Positions 10,721 to 22,011 of a stretch of 64,000 nucleotides of DNA are shown here, in pieces. The notes beneath the pieces are model-generated. The model had not been told where the DNA came from, did no database searches, and was given only the letters and a program-made list of their open reading frames with translations. How positions within the stretch are numbered: the first letter of the stretch is position 1; each line of letters begins with the position of its first letter. The stretch spans positions 9,712 through 73,711 of the forward strand of contig JAHREW010000029.1 of the NCBI GenBank assembly GCA_020883125.1, given 5' to 3'. Source of the DNA: Microcoleus sp. CAWBG506 (lineage in GTDB: Bacteria; Cyanobacteriota; Cyanobacteriia; Cyanobacteriales; Microcoleaceae). The position numbers were made by a program, and so were the translations under genes.

Positions 10721-11677
10721 TCAAACAATCCGCCTCGCTTCCACCATCATCCGCACCACATCGTGCATCTGATACTTCGCCTCCCAGCCCAACTTTGCCT
10801 TCGCCTTCGCCGGGTTTCCCGAACCAAGTGCAATCTCCGTCGGTCTGTAGAGACTCGCATCCGTTACCAAATGCTCCCGCCAATCCAAACCCGCACAAAC
10901 AAAAGCCGTCTGCACAAACTCTTCCAGAGCAAAACTAGCACCGGTAGCTATTACATAATCCTCCGGTGCATCCTGTTGCAACATCAAATACATCGCCTCC
11001 ACATATTCCGGAGCCCAACCCCAATCTCGATGCACAGAAATATTACCTAAATGCAGTTTTTCCGAACTCCCCGCAGCAATTCTGCACACGACTGATACAA
11101 TTTTTTGTGTGACAAATCTCTCCGGTCGCAGTGGCGACTCGTGATTGAACAGAATACCGGAACAGGCAAACAAATTGTAAGCTTCTCGATAATTTGCTAC
11201 TTCCCAAAATGCTGCTGCTTTTGCCACCGCGTAAGGGCTTCTGGGACGAAAGGGTGTATTTTCATCTCCCGGACTCCCTCCGGTATCCCCAAAACATTCG
11301 CTGGAACTGGCATTATAAAGTTTAATTTTGCCGCCTGTAAATCTAATTGCTTCTAACAGATTCAATGTGCCTGTGGCAATGCTTTCGAGGGTTTCGACAG
11401 GTTGTTCAAAGGATAGACCTACGGAACTTTGACCGGCTAAATTGTACACTTCGTCTGGCTGAATTTTCGCCAGTACCTGCAACACGCTGCGAAAATCGTT
11501 GAGAGACATGGATTCTCGTTTTACTTGGTCTCGGATTCCCAAACGGGCTAGGTTTCCGAAACTAGACATTTGGGCATCTCTCGATGTGCCACACACTTCA
11601 TAACCTTTATCCAAAAGCAGTTTCGCTAAATAAGCTCCATCCTGACCCGACACACCACAAATTAGCGCTTTTTTCAT
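10721..11677 (-). CDS. gmd: GDP-mannose 4,6-dehydratase
   Basis: KKALICGVSGQDGAYLA; YNASSSE; SPYAVAK; LFNHESP; start moved to ATG 11677. Confidence 0.92.
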   Translation of the reverse strand: MKKALICGVSGQDGAYLAKLLLDKGYEVCGTSRDAQMSSFGNLARLGIRDQVKRESMSLNDFRSVLQVLAKIQPDEVYNLAGQSSVGLSFEQPVETLESIATGTLNLLEAIRFTGGKIKLYNASSSECFGDTGGSPGDENTPFRPRSPYAVAKAAAFWEVANYREAYNLFACSGILFNHESPLRPERFVTQKIVSVVCRIAAGSSEKLHLGNISVHRDWGWAPEYVEAMYLMLQQDAPEDYVIATGASFALEEFVQTAFVCAGLDWREHLVTDASLYRPTEIALGSGNPAKAKAKLGWEAKYQMHDVVRMMVEARRIV

Positions 11678-11922
11678 ATCATTATCTATATTGATAATTC
11701 CGGCGTGGGAACCGCCACTATACAAACTTTCCTCTGCCTCCGCAAACAAGCGAGATGTCACTGGTTCCCAGGCTGTGCGGCCGAACCCCATGTCTAGAGG
11801 CCCTGCCTCGCTTGGATCGGTGAAAATTTCGAGGCAGAGCCAAAGTATCTGCGTTACCAAGCAGAGCCTGGTAACGAGTAGAGGGAGTAGATGGAATAGA
11901 CGAGTAGAAAAAAGTCAGGGTT

Positions 11923-12942
11923 CTAGCCTTCCCATCTTTGGGCGACTAATTCAGCCAAGTCAACAACTCGCTGACTGTAGCCCCATTCATTGTCGTACCA
12001 AGCCAAAACCTTTACCATGTCGCCATCCATCACTAGGGTCAAGCTGGAATCTAGAATGGAAGAAGCATCACTGCCTCGATAGTCGCAAGAAACTAAAGGT
12101 AAATCGTTGTACTCCAAAATTCCTTTCATGGAGCCTTCGGCTGCTTCCTTGAATACTTGATTTACTTGCTCGGTGAAGGTCTTTTTCTCTACCTGAGCGA
12201 CAAAATCAACTACCGACACATTGGGAGTGGGTACGCGCATGGCGATACCATTTAGTTTGCCTTTCAATTCTGGAATCACCAAAGCCACAGCTTGAGCAGC
12301 ACCAGTAGATGTGGGCACAATATTCATGGCCGCAGCCCGTGCCCGCCGCAAGTCGCGGTGGCTAGCATCCAGCAAGCGTTGGTCGCCTGTGTAACTGTGG
12401 GTAGTGGTCATCATGCCCTTGACGATGCCAAAATGTTCGTGGAGCACTTTCAGCACTGGAGCTAGACAGTTGGTGGTACAGCTAGCATTGCTGATGACTG
12501 TGTAGTCACTGTGCTTGTAGTTATGGTGGTTGACTCCCATCACGTAGGTTCCCACTTCTGGGCCTTTGCCCGGAGCGGTGATCAGCACTTTTTTAGCGCC
12601 GGCGGTGATATGCTTTGAGGCTCCAGCTTGGTCTACAAAGACGCCTGTTGATTCAATAATCAGATCGATACCCCATTCTTTCCAAGGCAAGTTTAGGGGA
12701 TTGCGATCGCTCACGCATTTAACTGTCTTGCCGTTAAGAGTTATGGAATTTTCATCGGCACTGATGTCCACACCCTTCAACGTTCCCATCATGGAATCGT
12801 ATCTCAACAAGTGAGCATTACTTCTGGGATCGGAAGTGTCATTAATAGCTACCAACTCTAGCTCGCTGTTTTCTCTGCCCAGCCAGCAGCGCGCAAAACT
12901 GCGCCCAATACGCCCAAAACCATTGATCGCGACTCGAATCAC
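11923..12942 (-). CDS. gap2: Type I glyceraldehyde-3-phosphate dehydrogenase (Gap2-like)
   Basis: [10 protein letters not shown]; [12 protein letters not shown]; [15 protein letters not shown]-loop; WYDNEWGYS. Confidence 0.93.
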   Translation of the reverse strand: MIRVAINGFGRIGRSFARCWLGRENSELELVAINDTSDPRSNAHLLRYDSMMGTLKGVDISADENSITLNGKTVKCVSDRNPLNLPWKEWGIDLIIESTGVFVDQAGASKHITAGAKKVLITAPGKGPEVGTYVMGVNHHNYKHSDYTVISNASCTTNCLAPVLKVLHEHFGIVKGMMTTTHSYTGDQRLLDASHRDLRRARAAAMNIVPTSTGAAQAVALVIPELKGKLNGIAMRVPTPNVSVVDFVAQVEKKTFTEQVNQVFKEAAEGSMKGILEYNDLPLVSCDYRGSDASSILDSSLTLVMDGDMVKVLAWYDNEWGYSQRVVDLAELVAQRWEG

Positions 12943-13083
12943 CTTAGTACCTCCTAACGATGGCAGCCCCTAATTTAGGGTAAAATTTTGGAAAAATTTA
13001 AGAATTGACTATGAAACAAGATCATACCGCAAAGGCCGATCCTTTCTAACATAATGAACAATCAGTTAAATCCAGTTAGAGTC

Positions 13084-13749
13084 TCAGCTCTGGTAAAGCT
13101 GATGGTTAACAATATAAGTCCTTACGGCCTCTGGGACTAAATGCTCGATCGCTCGACCTTGACTACAGTAACGACGGATGGCAGTGGAAGAAACCTCGAT
13201 CGCGGGCATAGCCAAAACCTGCCACCGCATCTGCACTCCCCTCAGACTCATCTTTTTGGCAACCACAGAACAAACAGTATTCCTCTCCAGTATCAGGTCC
13301 TCGGCAGCATCCATCGACACTTCCCTCTGCAACTCCTCCCATCCCCCTGTCCGGCGTCCGGCTACCAACCACTGACACAAACCCCCAATTTCCGCACACC
13401 GGGGCCATTTGGGTAAAGTTTGGAAAGCATCAGCACCAATAATCCAGTAGAGCTGAGCCTCTGGATACAAATTTTGCAAATACAGTAAAGAGTCGATCGC
13501 ACCCGCCGCAGAGGGATTGGTATCTATGGGTAAAAGTCCAAAATCCGGTCGCTGTGCAATCGCCAGAGCTACCATTTCCCATCTTTGTTCAAAAGTTGCC
13601 AAAACACTGTGCAGCTTGTGACCAGGAGTGCGATCGACCGACCAGACTACGCGATCGAGACCAAATTGACAGACGGCTCTGTTAGCCATCGACAAATGTC
13701 CCCAATGCACCGGATCGAAAGTCCCCCCCAAAATCGCTACTTTTTTCAT
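13084..13749 (-). CDS. nadD: Nicotinate-nucleotide adenylyltransferase
   Basis: ILGGTFDPVHWGH; WIIGADAF; VSSTAIR; start moved to ATG 13749. Confidence 0.9.
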   Translation of the reverse strand: MKKVAILGGTFDPVHWGHLSMANRAVCQFGLDRVVWSVDRTPGHKLHSVLATFEQRWEMVALAIAQRPDFGLLPIDTNPSAAGAIDSLLYLQNLYPEAQLYWIIGADAFQTLPKWPRCAEIGGLCQWLVAGRRTGGWEELQREVSMDAAEDLILERNTVCSVVAKKMSLRGVQMRWQVLAMPAIEVSSTAIRRYCSQGRAIEHLVPEAVRTYIVNHQLYQS

Positions 13750-14132
13750 ACAAAGTGGTAGTCTTGGTAAATCTTTGTGGGTTTCACCCCACATCGGGCG
13801 TAAAAATATCGCGGGGCCATTGCTGCGGCATCCCAGCACAGCAAGAGGATGGGGAAAAATTATACAGGAATGTGCGCGCCCAAAATCCGTCTGTTGCCCC
13901 AGACCCCCAAAGCCCATCCTCCCCCCATTGCAAGTTAATAGATATGACTGTTCCGGAAATCTACTCGGTACCAAGTCATATAGGATACAAGAAAAGTATC
14001 TCTACCAATCCCCAAATCTAGGGAAAAGCAGAGAATTTTGTACAAAAATATATAGCGAAATGTATCCTGAAAAAAGAATTCTTGATATCATATCGCGTGT
14101 GATTGGCGTGGTGTGGTGCGTGAGGAGCGAAA

Positions 14133-15692
14133 ATGCCGAGTTCAGTTGATTTCAGTGGTAAACCATTTCATTTCATCGGCATTGGTGGAATTGGAATGTC
14201 AGCCCTTGCCTATATTCTAGCGAAACGTAACTTGCCTGTGTACGGTTCGGATATTAAATCGAGCCACATAACTCAGCGCTTGCAAGGAATGGGAGCTCAT
14301 ATTTTTTGGGGTCAAGACGCTAGCAATTTTGAACTATTTCAAAAGCTGACACTTGACCATAGTCCCGCAGGTCAGCTCCCAGACAAAGCCGTATCCTCCT
14401 CCGTAGGGGGAAGTTGGGTAGGGGCTTCTGTGGCGACAGCCGAAGCTCTCCAATGCAATGGCAGTGACCAAAGAGCTAGGTCGGTACTGGGACTGCCCCA
14501 AGTAGTATGTTCGACGGCAATTCACCAGGGAAATGCCGAATATAGAGCTGCTTTAGATTTGGGCTGTCCGATTTTTCATCGATCGGATGTTTTGGCCGCC
14601 TTGATTCAAGATTACCAAAGCATTGCTGTAGCAGGTACTCACGGTAAAACTACCACTAGCAGCTTAATCGGTTTCATGCTGATGGCTGCGGGTCTAGACC
14701 CAACAATCGTGGTGGGAGGCGAGGTAAATGCTTGGGAAGGGAATGCTCGGTTGGGGGATGGCCCCTACTTAGTGGCGGAGGCTGATGAATCCGATGGTTC
14801 CCTTGTCAAGTTGGTAGCCAAAATTGGCGTGGTGACAAATGTGGAACTGGATCATCCAGACCATTACGATACCCTCGACCAGGTAATAGACACATTTAAG
14901 GTGTTTTCCCAAAACTGCCCAACTTTGGTGGGCTGCATTGATGACCAAATTGTCAAAGACTGCCTCCAACCAAATATTACCTACAGCTTGCAGCCAGATA
15001 GCGGTGCTGACTACACGGCTGATGATGTCCTGTACGGTGCCGACAGTACCAGGGCTCGGATTTGGGAACGAGGAGTTCTCCTGGGGGAAATGGAGTTGAA
15101 GTTGCTTGGCAAACACAATCTCAGCAATGCACTAGCGGCGGTAGCAGTGGGTCGATTGTTGGGGTTGGATTTTGCGGCCATAGCTTCTGCCATGGCTGGC
15201 TTTGAAGGGGCGCGCCGCCGTTTTGAAGTGCGGGGTTTTCACAATGACATCCTGTTTGTGGATGACTACGCTCACCATCCTAGCGAAATTCGTGTCACCT
15301 TGGCTGCTGCTAGGTTGCGTATAGAAGGTAGCGCCGAAAATCCTAAATCGGGAAGAGTGGTTGCCATTTTTCAACCTCACCGTTACAGCCGGACTTTGAC
15401 TTTTTTGCCAGAATTTGCCCAATCTTTTACTGATGCTGATTTGGTGGTAACTTGCGAGATTTATAGTGCTGGGGAACCCAATTTAGGACAAATTAGTGGG
15501 CAAATGGTGGCTGATTTAATTGCTAAAGAAGGGCAACAGGTGGAGTTTCAGGCTTCCTTGGAATCAGTAAGTAAGTTTTTAACCAAAAGTTTGCAACCGG
15601 GGGATTTGGCTCTATTTTTGGGTGCTGGAAATCTTAATCAGATTATTCCAGAGGTGATGGCTTTTTATCAAGGAGCCGATCGCCCGGATTAA
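14133..15692 (+). CDS. murC: UDP-N-acetylmuramate--L-alanine ligase
   Basis: FHFIGIGGIGMSALA; AGTHGKTTT; EADESDGS; DDYAHHPSE; FQPHRYSR. Confidence 0.96.
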   Translation: MPSSVDFSGKPFHFIGIGGIGMSALAYILAKRNLPVYGSDIKSSHITQRLQGMGAHIFWGQDASNFELFQKLTLDHSPAGQLPDKAVSSSVGGSWVGASVATAEALQCNGSDQRARSVLGLPQVVCSTAIHQGNAEYRAALDLGCPIFHRSDVLAALIQDYQSIAVAGTHGKTTTSSLIGFMLMAAGLDPTIVVGGEVNAWEGNARLGDGPYLVAEADESDGSLVKLVAKIGVVTNVELDHPDHYDTLDQVIDTFKVFSQNCPTLVGCIDDQIVKDCLQPNITYSLQPDSGADYTADDVLYGADSTRARIWERGVLLGEMELKLLGKHNLSNALAAVAVGRLLGLDFAAIASAMAGFEGARRRFEVRGFHNDILFVDDYAHHPSEIRVTLAAARLRIEGSAENPKSGRVVAIFQPHRYSRTLTFLPEFAQSFTDADLVVTCEIYSAGEPNLGQISGQMVADLIAKEGQQVEFQASLESVSKFLTKSLQPGDLALFLGAGNLNQIIPEVMAFYQGADRPD

Positions 15693-15840
15693 TTCTATTT
15701 CGTGGGTTGGAAGGACTTTCATGGCGGTGCAGACAGTACCGAAACTTCTGTGTGCCTAGTAGTTCGTTTCCTACTCACCAAAATCAATAAATACACTCTC
15801 AACCAATTCTTTGCTCGAAGGTATTTTAAGGAATTTCAAA

Positions 15841-16797
15841 ATGGTGACTATCTCGAATGACTCCTCTGTTAAGGGCTATGGGCGAGTTTATTCTCCTATT
15901 TCTTTGGGGGGAACTGACTGCAAGATTAACTCTCAAGTGTCTTTGGCCAGCATGACTTCCTTCCGAGTCGGTGGGCCAGCAGAATGGTACGTTGCTCCCC
16001 GCAGCATGGAAGCTTTGCAAGCTAGTTTTGCTTGGGCTGACTCTGAGGGGTTGGCTGTGACTCTGCTAGGTGCCGGTTCTAATTTGTTGGTGAGCGATCG
16101 GGGTTTGTCCGGTTTGGTCGTCGGTACTCGATACTTGAAACAGGTGAGTTTTAATCCAGAAACAGGTCAAGTAACTGCTGGGGCTGGGGAATCTATTCCC
16201 CGTCTCGCTTGGTTGGCTGCTAAACGGGGCTGGAAAGGTCTGGAATGGTCTGTGGGTATACCGGGGACTGTGGGAGGTGCTGTGGTGATGAATGCCGGGG
16301 CACACAGGGGCTGTACTGCGGATATTTTGGTGAATGCTCGCGTCCTATCACCAAGTGGTAAGGTAGAAATTCTGACTCCCCAAGAGTTGGGCTACCGTTA
16401 TCGGACTTCGGTGCTGCAAGGGGGCGATCGACTCGTAACAGAAGCCACTTTTCAGTTACAGCCGGGATTCGATCGATCGGCTGTAATGGCAGAAACTAAC
16501 AATAATTTCAGCCAGCGACGGACGAGTCAACCTTACCACTTGCCTAGCTGCGGTTCTGTTTTCCGCAACCCCAGTCCGAAGGCGGCAGGCTGGTTAATTG
16601 AGCAAACTGGACTGAAGGGATATCAAATTGGCGGGGCTCAAGTAGCTCAACGCCATGCTAATTTTATTCTTAACTGTGGGTCGGCAACGGCTAATGATAT
16701 TTTTCAAGTGATCCGCCACGTTCAAGAGCAAGTCCAGGATCGGTGGTCGCTATTGTTGGAGCCAGAAGTTAGAATACTGGGAGAGTTTCCGTTATAA
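15841..16797 (+). CDS. murB: UDP-N-acetylenolpyruvoylglucosamine reductase
   Basis: LGAGSNLL; GIPGTVGGAVVMNAG; PSCGSVFRNP; HANFILN; ATG 15841 preferred over TTG 15811. Confidence 0.95.
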   Translation: MVTISNDSSVKGYGRVYSPISLGGTDCKINSQVSLASMTSFRVGGPAEWYVAPRSMEALQASFAWADSEGLAVTLLGAGSNLLVSDRGLSGLVVGTRYLKQVSFNPETGQVTAGAGESIPRLAWLAAKRGWKGLEWSVGIPGTVGGAVVMNAGAHRGCTADILVNARVLSPSGKVEILTPQELGYRYRTSVLQGGDRLVTEATFQLQPGFDRSAVMAETNNNFSQRRTSQPYHLPSCGSVFRNPSPKAAGWLIEQTGLKGYQIGGAQVAQRHANFILNCGSATANDIFQVIRHVQEQVQDRWSLLLEPEVRILGEFPL

Positions 16798-16806
16798 AGC
16801 GGGCAT

Positions 16807-16967
16807 GATCTTAAATTAGGGATTACGTACGGTCGGGCAGACCGAAACTTGGGTGGAAACCCTCAACGCTTGTGGAGAGGACGATCTCTACTGATGCTGG
16901 AGAAATTCTGTGTCAGCAAGTCGCCTCAACGAATCAAGAATCTCAGTGTCTTTACACCTGAGAGCAA
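16807..16967 (+). mobile_element. IS200/IS605 tnpB 3' end and right-end remnant (omegaRNA-type scaffold)
   Basis: Reads ILN*GLRTVGQTET...NACGEDDLY, like TnpB C-tails, then GAATCAAGAATCTCAGTGTCTTTACACCTGAGAG-CAA terminal hairpin; matched to recalled cyanobacterial IS605 right ends. Confidence 0.65.
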
Positions 16968-17136
16968 TTAATTTATCGCGGTTGGCTAAACCGTGAAAGC
17001 TTGCTGAGGGATAGCCGCTCCCATGCTCCCGATGAAGCAAGAAGCAAATGTCTAGACTTGTCTAGTATTTGTATAGCAGTGCCACAAGTAATCAACCAAC
17101 GGCACACTGTTTTTAATTGAGCATCGCTGAGTAGTT

Positions 17137-17484
17137 ATGACACAACCTGGAAAAGGATTTGGCTTCGGCCTGGGCAAAATGAAAGAACTAACTGAAGCTT
17201 TCAAGAAAGCTCAGCAGGTTCAAGAAGGAGCTAAGAAGCTTCAGGAAGAGTTGGATCAAATGGAAATTGAGGGAACTGCCGGCGGTGGCCTGGTTAAAGT
17301 TTTTCTCAGCGGAAACCAAGAACCCCGTCGGGTGGAAATCTCCCCCGATGCGCTTGGTGAAGGTGCGGATGTGGTTTCTGAACTCGTCACGGTGGCGATG
17401 CTGGATGCTTACACTAAGTCAACCATGATGATGCGGGAAAAAATGGAAGAACTGACTGGTGGACTGAATCTCCCCGGTTTCTAA
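17137..17484 (+). CDS. ybaB: YbaB/EbfC nucleoid-associated protein
   Basis: [28 protein letters not shown]. Confidence 0.92.
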   Translation: MTQPGKGFGFGLGKMKELTEAFKKAQQVQEGAKKLQEELDQMEIEGTAGGGLVKVFLSGNQEPRRVEISPDALGEGADVVSELVTVAMLDAYTKSTMMMREKMEELTGGLNLPGF

Positions 17485-17487
17485 GTG

Positions 17488-17667
17488 GTTAGTCAGTAGT
17501 CAGTAGTCTTTTGACTAATGACTACTGACTACTAACTGGGGAATGGTTCATGGGGAATCGCGAATGGGGAATCGCGAATCCACCAATAACCCTTCGACTT
17601 CGCTGGCTGGCGACGCCAATAACTAATGACTACTGACTAATGACTACTGATTGCTGACTAATGACTA
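17488..17667. repeat. STRR-type heptamer repeats
   Basis: (T/C)AGTCAG units followed by inverted TGACTA(A/C) units, plus GGGGAATCGCGAAT twice. Confidence 0.8.
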
Positions 17668-18143
17668 AATTATTATTTGTGTGCTTAGGAAATATCTGCC
17701 GATCGCCTTCTGCAGAAAATATTATGAATCATTTGATTCAACAAGCGGGTTTGGGCGATCGCATTACTTGCGATTCTGCTGGAACCGCAGGCTATCATAT
17801 TGGCAGTCCTCCTGACAGTAGGATGGCTGTGGCGGCGAGGAAGCGGGACATTGAATTGTTAGGTGCTGCACGCCAATTTCAAAGGAAAGATTTTGAGAAT
17901 TTTGATTTGATTCTGGCGATGGATCGGGACAATTATCGGAATATTCTTGCTCTTGATAACACTGGAAAATATAAAGAAAAGGTGCGGTTGATGTGCGATT
18001 TTTGCCAGAAATACGACCTTAAAGAAGTGCCAGATCCTTACTACGGCGGGTCTGAGGGATTCGATCGGGTAATTGATTTGTTGCTGGACGCTTGCGAGGG
18101 TTTGTTGGAGTATTTGAAGAAGTTAGAAGTCAGCAGTCAGTAG
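17661..18143 (+). CDS. Low molecular weight protein-tyrosine phosphatase
   Basis: P-loop VCLGNICRSP; DPYYGG. Confidence 0.95.
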   Translation: MTKLLFVCLGNICRSPSAENIMNHLIQQAGLGDRITCDSAGTAGYHIGSPPDSRMAVAARKRDIELLGAARQFQRKDFENFDLILAMDRDNYRNILALDNTGKYKEKVRLMCDFCQKYDLKEVPDPYYGGSEGFDRVIDLLLDACEGLLEYLKKLEVSSQ

Positions 18144-18159
18144 TTATTAGTTATTGGTT

Positions 18160-18263
18160 ATATCAATTCCGGTTGTATCGGAATGATTAAACCACAGAGA
18201 ACACAGAGGACACAGAGAAAGAGAAGAGAGAAATAATAATTCCTATGTCAACGGATTTGATAT
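18160..18263 (+). mobile_element. ~105-bp MITE-like repeat, copy 2
   Basis: Homologous to 5738-5842 (AACCACAGAG..CACAGAG..CACAGAGAAAGA core); lies between convergent genes. Confidence 0.6.
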
Positions 18264-18290
18264 TATTGGTAGTTCCTCACCAATAACCAA

Positions 18291-19001
18291 TTACCAATTC
18301 CCCACTAAATGGTGTTCCATCGCAAAACGAACCAGTTCTGCACGATTGTTGCTTTCGGTTTTTCTGAACAAGCTGCTGACGTGCTTTTCCACTGTTCGGG
18401 GACTGAGGTGGAGCTCAACGCCTATTTGAATATTAGACAGACCTTCTGTGAGTAAATTCAGCACTTGTTGCTCTCTTTGGGTCAAATTCGGTGAATTTTG
18501 GGTAAAAGAAGGGCGATCGCCCCTTTCTGACTTTTGAGTCAAAAAATCTAATTCTCCCATCCCTTTGACTTGGTGGCGCTGCTCTGTGGTCACAGTTTCT
18601 CTGTGGTTCGGCAATGCTTGGGCAATGAGAACGTATCTATCCAACAAAGAACGAATTACCACTCCCAACTCATTGAGTTCAAAAGGCTTTGCCAGATAAT
18701 TGTCGCAGCCCATTTGATAGCCCCGAATTCGCTCCTGAGAACTCGTCCGTTCCGTCAAAAAAATCACGGGTAGCAAGCGGAAGGCTGGACGAGTCCGCAC
18801 TCGTCGCACGAACTCGTAGCCGTCCATTTCAGGCATTGTAATGTCGGTAACAATCAAGTGTGGCTGAAATTTCTCTACTAAGCCGAGAGCTTCTTTGCCG
18901 TTTTCAGCAGGGATGACCGAATAACCCAAAATTTCCAGGTAATCGTTAATCGACAAGCGAGTCGCAAAATCATCATCAGCAACCAGAATTGTCAATGGCA
19001 T
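18291..19001 (-). CDS. NarL/LuxR-family response regulator
   Basis: REC domain (VADDD, TDITMPEMDG, KPF) plus LuxR HTH LTQREQQVL...SPRTVEKHVS. Confidence 0.92.
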   Translation of the reverse strand: MPLTILVADDDFATRLSINDYLEILGYSVIPAENGKEALGLVEKFQPHLIVTDITMPEMDGYEFVRRVRTRPAFRLLPVIFLTERTSSQERIRGYQMGCDNYLAKPFELNELGVVIRSLLDRYVLIAQALPNHRETVTTEQRHQVKGMGELDFLTQKSERGDRPSFTQNSPNLTQREQQVLNLLTEGLSNIQIGVELHLSPRTVEKHVSSLFRKTESNNRAELVRFAMEHHLVGNW

Positions 19002-19079
19002 GGGGGAACTTAACAATTAAACAGTGAGCATTAAAAATTAAAAATGAGTAATTTCACTTTTAATTTTTAATTTTACTGT

Positions 19080-20672
19080 TTAACTTCCTTTATAGCTTGT
19101 AGTCAAAGTAGCAGGTTGCCCAAAATTACCTTCCAAAACAACACCTCGACCGTTGGCAGCCAAATGTCGCACAATTTTGTAAATTGTCTCAATTTGCTCT
19201 GGCTTTCCTGCTTTTTTGGCTATTTCTGTGACAGAGAGAGGAGTGGACGACTGTTTGAGAACTTCCAGTACCTGTTTTTGCAAGTCTAATACAGCAGCCG
19301 CGGCTTTTTTGCCTGCTTCGACACCTGGTTGGTGATAGGCGTTGACATTCACCAAGGAACCGTAAAAACCTACGGCTCTTTCGTAGAGAGCGATTAATGC
19401 TCCTACTGTGCGAGGATTTACTTGAGGAATGGTGACAGTAATCGAATCTCGTTGATTTTCCGACAAAGCTTGTCGAGTTCCTTGGAACAAGCCGGACAAA
19501 TAATCTCCCGATGTCACGCCGGTTTCTACTTCTGGAGAAATGCCTTCTCTGTCTTGCAAAACTTCAATAAATGTGAGGAAGAAATTTGGAACACCTTCTC
19601 GCAATTGTTGGACGTAGGCGTGTTGGTCTGTTGTGCCTTTGTTGCCGTAGACTGCTATGCCTTGATACACGGTGTTGCCGTCTAAATCTTTCTCTTTTCC
19701 TAGGGATTCCATAACTAATTGCTGCAAATAGCGACTGAACAATAGGAGTGAATCTTTGTAGGGGAGAACTACCATATCTTTTTCGCCACGTCCGTTGCAG
19801 GCAAAATACCAACTCAGGGCTAAAAGGGCGGCGGGATTGTGTTTAATTTCGGTGTTTCTGGTGGCTTCGTCCATGACTTTAGCACCGTCGAGCATTACCG
19901 AGATGTCAATGCCTTGCAGAGCTGCTGGCAAAAGTCCGACTGCGGAGAGTTCGGAAGTTCTTCCTCCTACCCAATCTGCCATGGGGAAGGTGGTAATCCA
20001 GCCTTCGGATTTGGCTAATTTGTCTAGTTGGCTGTCTACTCCGGTGATGGCTATGGCTTGTTTGGCAAAGTCGAGTTTTTGGGCGGCGAAGGCTTTTTGC
20101 ACTTCGATCATGCCGTTGCGGGGTTCGGGGGTGCCGCCGGATTTGGAGATGGTAATTACTAGGGTGCTGACGAGTTTGTCTTTGATTTGGTTGAGGATGC
20201 GATCGATTCCTGCTGGGTCAGTGTTGTCGATAAAATGTATTGCTAGGGGCGGAATGTCTGGGGATAAAGCTTCGGAGACAAATTGGGGGCCGAGGGCGGA
20301 ACCACCGATGCCGATCGAGATAATATCGGTAAATTGGGGAGCGAATGGTGGCTTGATGTCGCGGCTTTGAACTTTCTTGACAAATGTTTCTATTTGTTGT
20401 AGTGTCTGGACTATTTCTTGTTTGAGTTCTGGGGTGGGGGCGATATCGGGGTTGCGGAGCCAGTAGTGGCCTACCATGCGGTGTTCATCGGGATTGGCGA
20501 TCGCCCCTGCTTCTAAAGCTGTCATGTCTTTGAAAGCTTGGTCAAATTTGGGTTTCATTGTAGTGACGAAAGCGTCGTCGAAGCTCATGCGACTGATATC
20601 GAGGTAAAGTCCCAATCCAGAGTGATAGTAAAGCCAGTCTTGATAGCGTTGCCAGAGTGCTGTGGCATCCAT
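19080..20672 (-). CDS. pgi: Glucose-6-phosphate isomerase
   Basis: IGIGGSALG; SKSGGT; VGGRTS; [10 protein letters not shown]; GTTDQH; QPGVEAGK. Confidence 0.96.
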   Translation of the reverse strand: MDATALWQRYQDWLYYHSGLGLYLDISRMSFDDAFVTTMKPKFDQAFKDMTALEAGAIANPDEHRMVGHYWLRNPDIAPTPELKQEIVQTLQQIETFVKKVQSRDIKPPFAPQFTDIISIGIGGSALGPQFVSEALSPDIPPLAIHFIDNTDPAGIDRILNQIKDKLVSTLVITISKSGGTPEPRNGMIEVQKAFAAQKLDFAKQAIAITGVDSQLDKLAKSEGWITTFPMADWVGGRTSELSAVGLLPAALQGIDISVMLDGAKVMDEATRNTEIKHNPAALLALSWYFACNGRGEKDMVVLPYKDSLLLFSRYLQQLVMESLGKEKDLDGNTVYQGIAVYGNKGTTDQHAYVQQLREGVPNFFLTFIEVLQDREGISPEVETGVTSGDYLSGLFQGTRQALSENQRDSITVTIPQVNPRTVGALIALYERAVGFYGSLVNVNAYHQPGVEAGKKAAAAVLDLQKQVLEVLKQSSTPLSVTEIAKKAGKPEQIETIYKIVRHLAANGRGVVLEGNFGQPATLTTSYKGS

Positions 20673-20908
20673 AGGAATTCTCTACAATTTTTTTAATGTT
20701 CGATCGGCATCATCGGGAATCCACCAATTGTAGTTCAAAACTCACATCTTGTACCTGTTTCCATCACAGACTGAACGACCTGTTCCACAAATAGTGAATT
20801 TCTTGTGGGCCTTGTATTCCTTTTTTACTTTTTAAAGTATAAATACTTAATGTTGTACAATATACAGCAGATATTAGAATTCAATTGCTATCCTAGAACC
20901 GATCGACT

Positions 20909-21922
20909 ATGCTTACTCTCTCTCCAGAATTACAAAAAAGATTAGCAACTCCTCTGAAAATCGGCGATTTTGAAGTAAACAGTCGCGTGCTGCAATCGCC
21001 GTTGTCGGGTGTTACAGATTTAGTATTTCGCCGCCTGGTGCGTCGCTACGCACCGGATTCAATGATGTATACCGAAATGGTGAATGCTACGGGTTTGCAC
21101 TACGTCAAGCAACTGCCGAGAATTATGGAAGTTGACCCGAATGAACGCCCGATTAGCATTCAATTATTTGACTGTCGTCCAGATTTTTTGGCAGAAGCGG
21201 CACAGAAGGCAGTGGCAGAAGGGGCGGATACAGTTGATATTAATATGGGCTGTCCGGTTAACAAAATTACTAAAAATGGTGGCGGTTCTTCCTTGCTACG
21301 AGATCCTGAGACTGCTGAGGCAATTGTGCGGGCAGTTGTGCAAGCTGTAGATGTTCCTGTGACTGTCAAAACTCGCATTGGTTGGACGGACAAAGAAATT
21401 AATATTTTGGATTTTGCCAAACGGATGGAAGATGCGGGAGCAAAAATGATTACCGTCCATGGTCGGACTCGATCGCAAGGTTACAACGGCCAGGCAAAAT
21501 GGGAATGGATTCGTCGTGTTAAGGAAGTTTTATCGATTCCTGTGATCGCCAATGGAGACATATTTTCTGTTGAGGCGGCCATCCGCTGTCTGGAAGAAAC
21601 TGGGGCGGATGGAGTGATGTGTTCGCGGGGAACTTTGGGTTATCCTTTCTTGGTGGGAGAGGTGGATTATTTCATCAAAACTGGTGTCGAAAAGATAACT
21701 CCGACACCAATTGAACGGCTCGAATGTGCTAAGGAACATTTGCGGGCTTTGTGGGAATATAAGGGTGACAGCGGTGTGTGTCAAGCGCGCAAGCACTTAA
21801 CCTGGTATGCTAAGGGCTTCCCTGGTGCTGCTACATTGCGGGGCTTGTTGGCGGTGGTAGAAACGGTGGAACAAGGTTGCGATTCGATCGATCGCGCGAT
21901 CGAGCAATTACCCGCAAGTTGA
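20909..21922 (+). CDS. dusB: tRNA-dihydrouridine synthase B
   Basis: PLSGVTD; DINMGCP; VHGRT; IANGDI. Confidence 0.92.
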   Translation: MLTLSPELQKRLATPLKIGDFEVNSRVLQSPLSGVTDLVFRRLVRRYAPDSMMYTEMVNATGLHYVKQLPRIMEVDPNERPISIQLFDCRPDFLAEAAQKAVAEGADTVDINMGCPVNKITKNGGGSSLLRDPETAEAIVRAVVQAVDVPVTVKTRIGWTDKEINILDFAKRMEDAGAKMITVHGRTRSQGYNGQAKWEWIRRVKEVLSIPVIANGDIFSVEAAIRCLEETGADGVMCSRGTLGYPFLVGEVDYFIKTGVEKITPTPIERLECAKEHLRALWEYKGDSGVCQARKHLTWYAKGFPGAATLRGLLAVVETVEQGCDSIDRAIEQLPAS

Positions 21923-22011
21923 AACCAGGGGAACCCAAGTGGGAACAAAAACAAAGCCCGCTCTGGGATCTGGAATTTAATGTATAGTTGAAAACTCGTG
22001 TGGGGGTAAAT

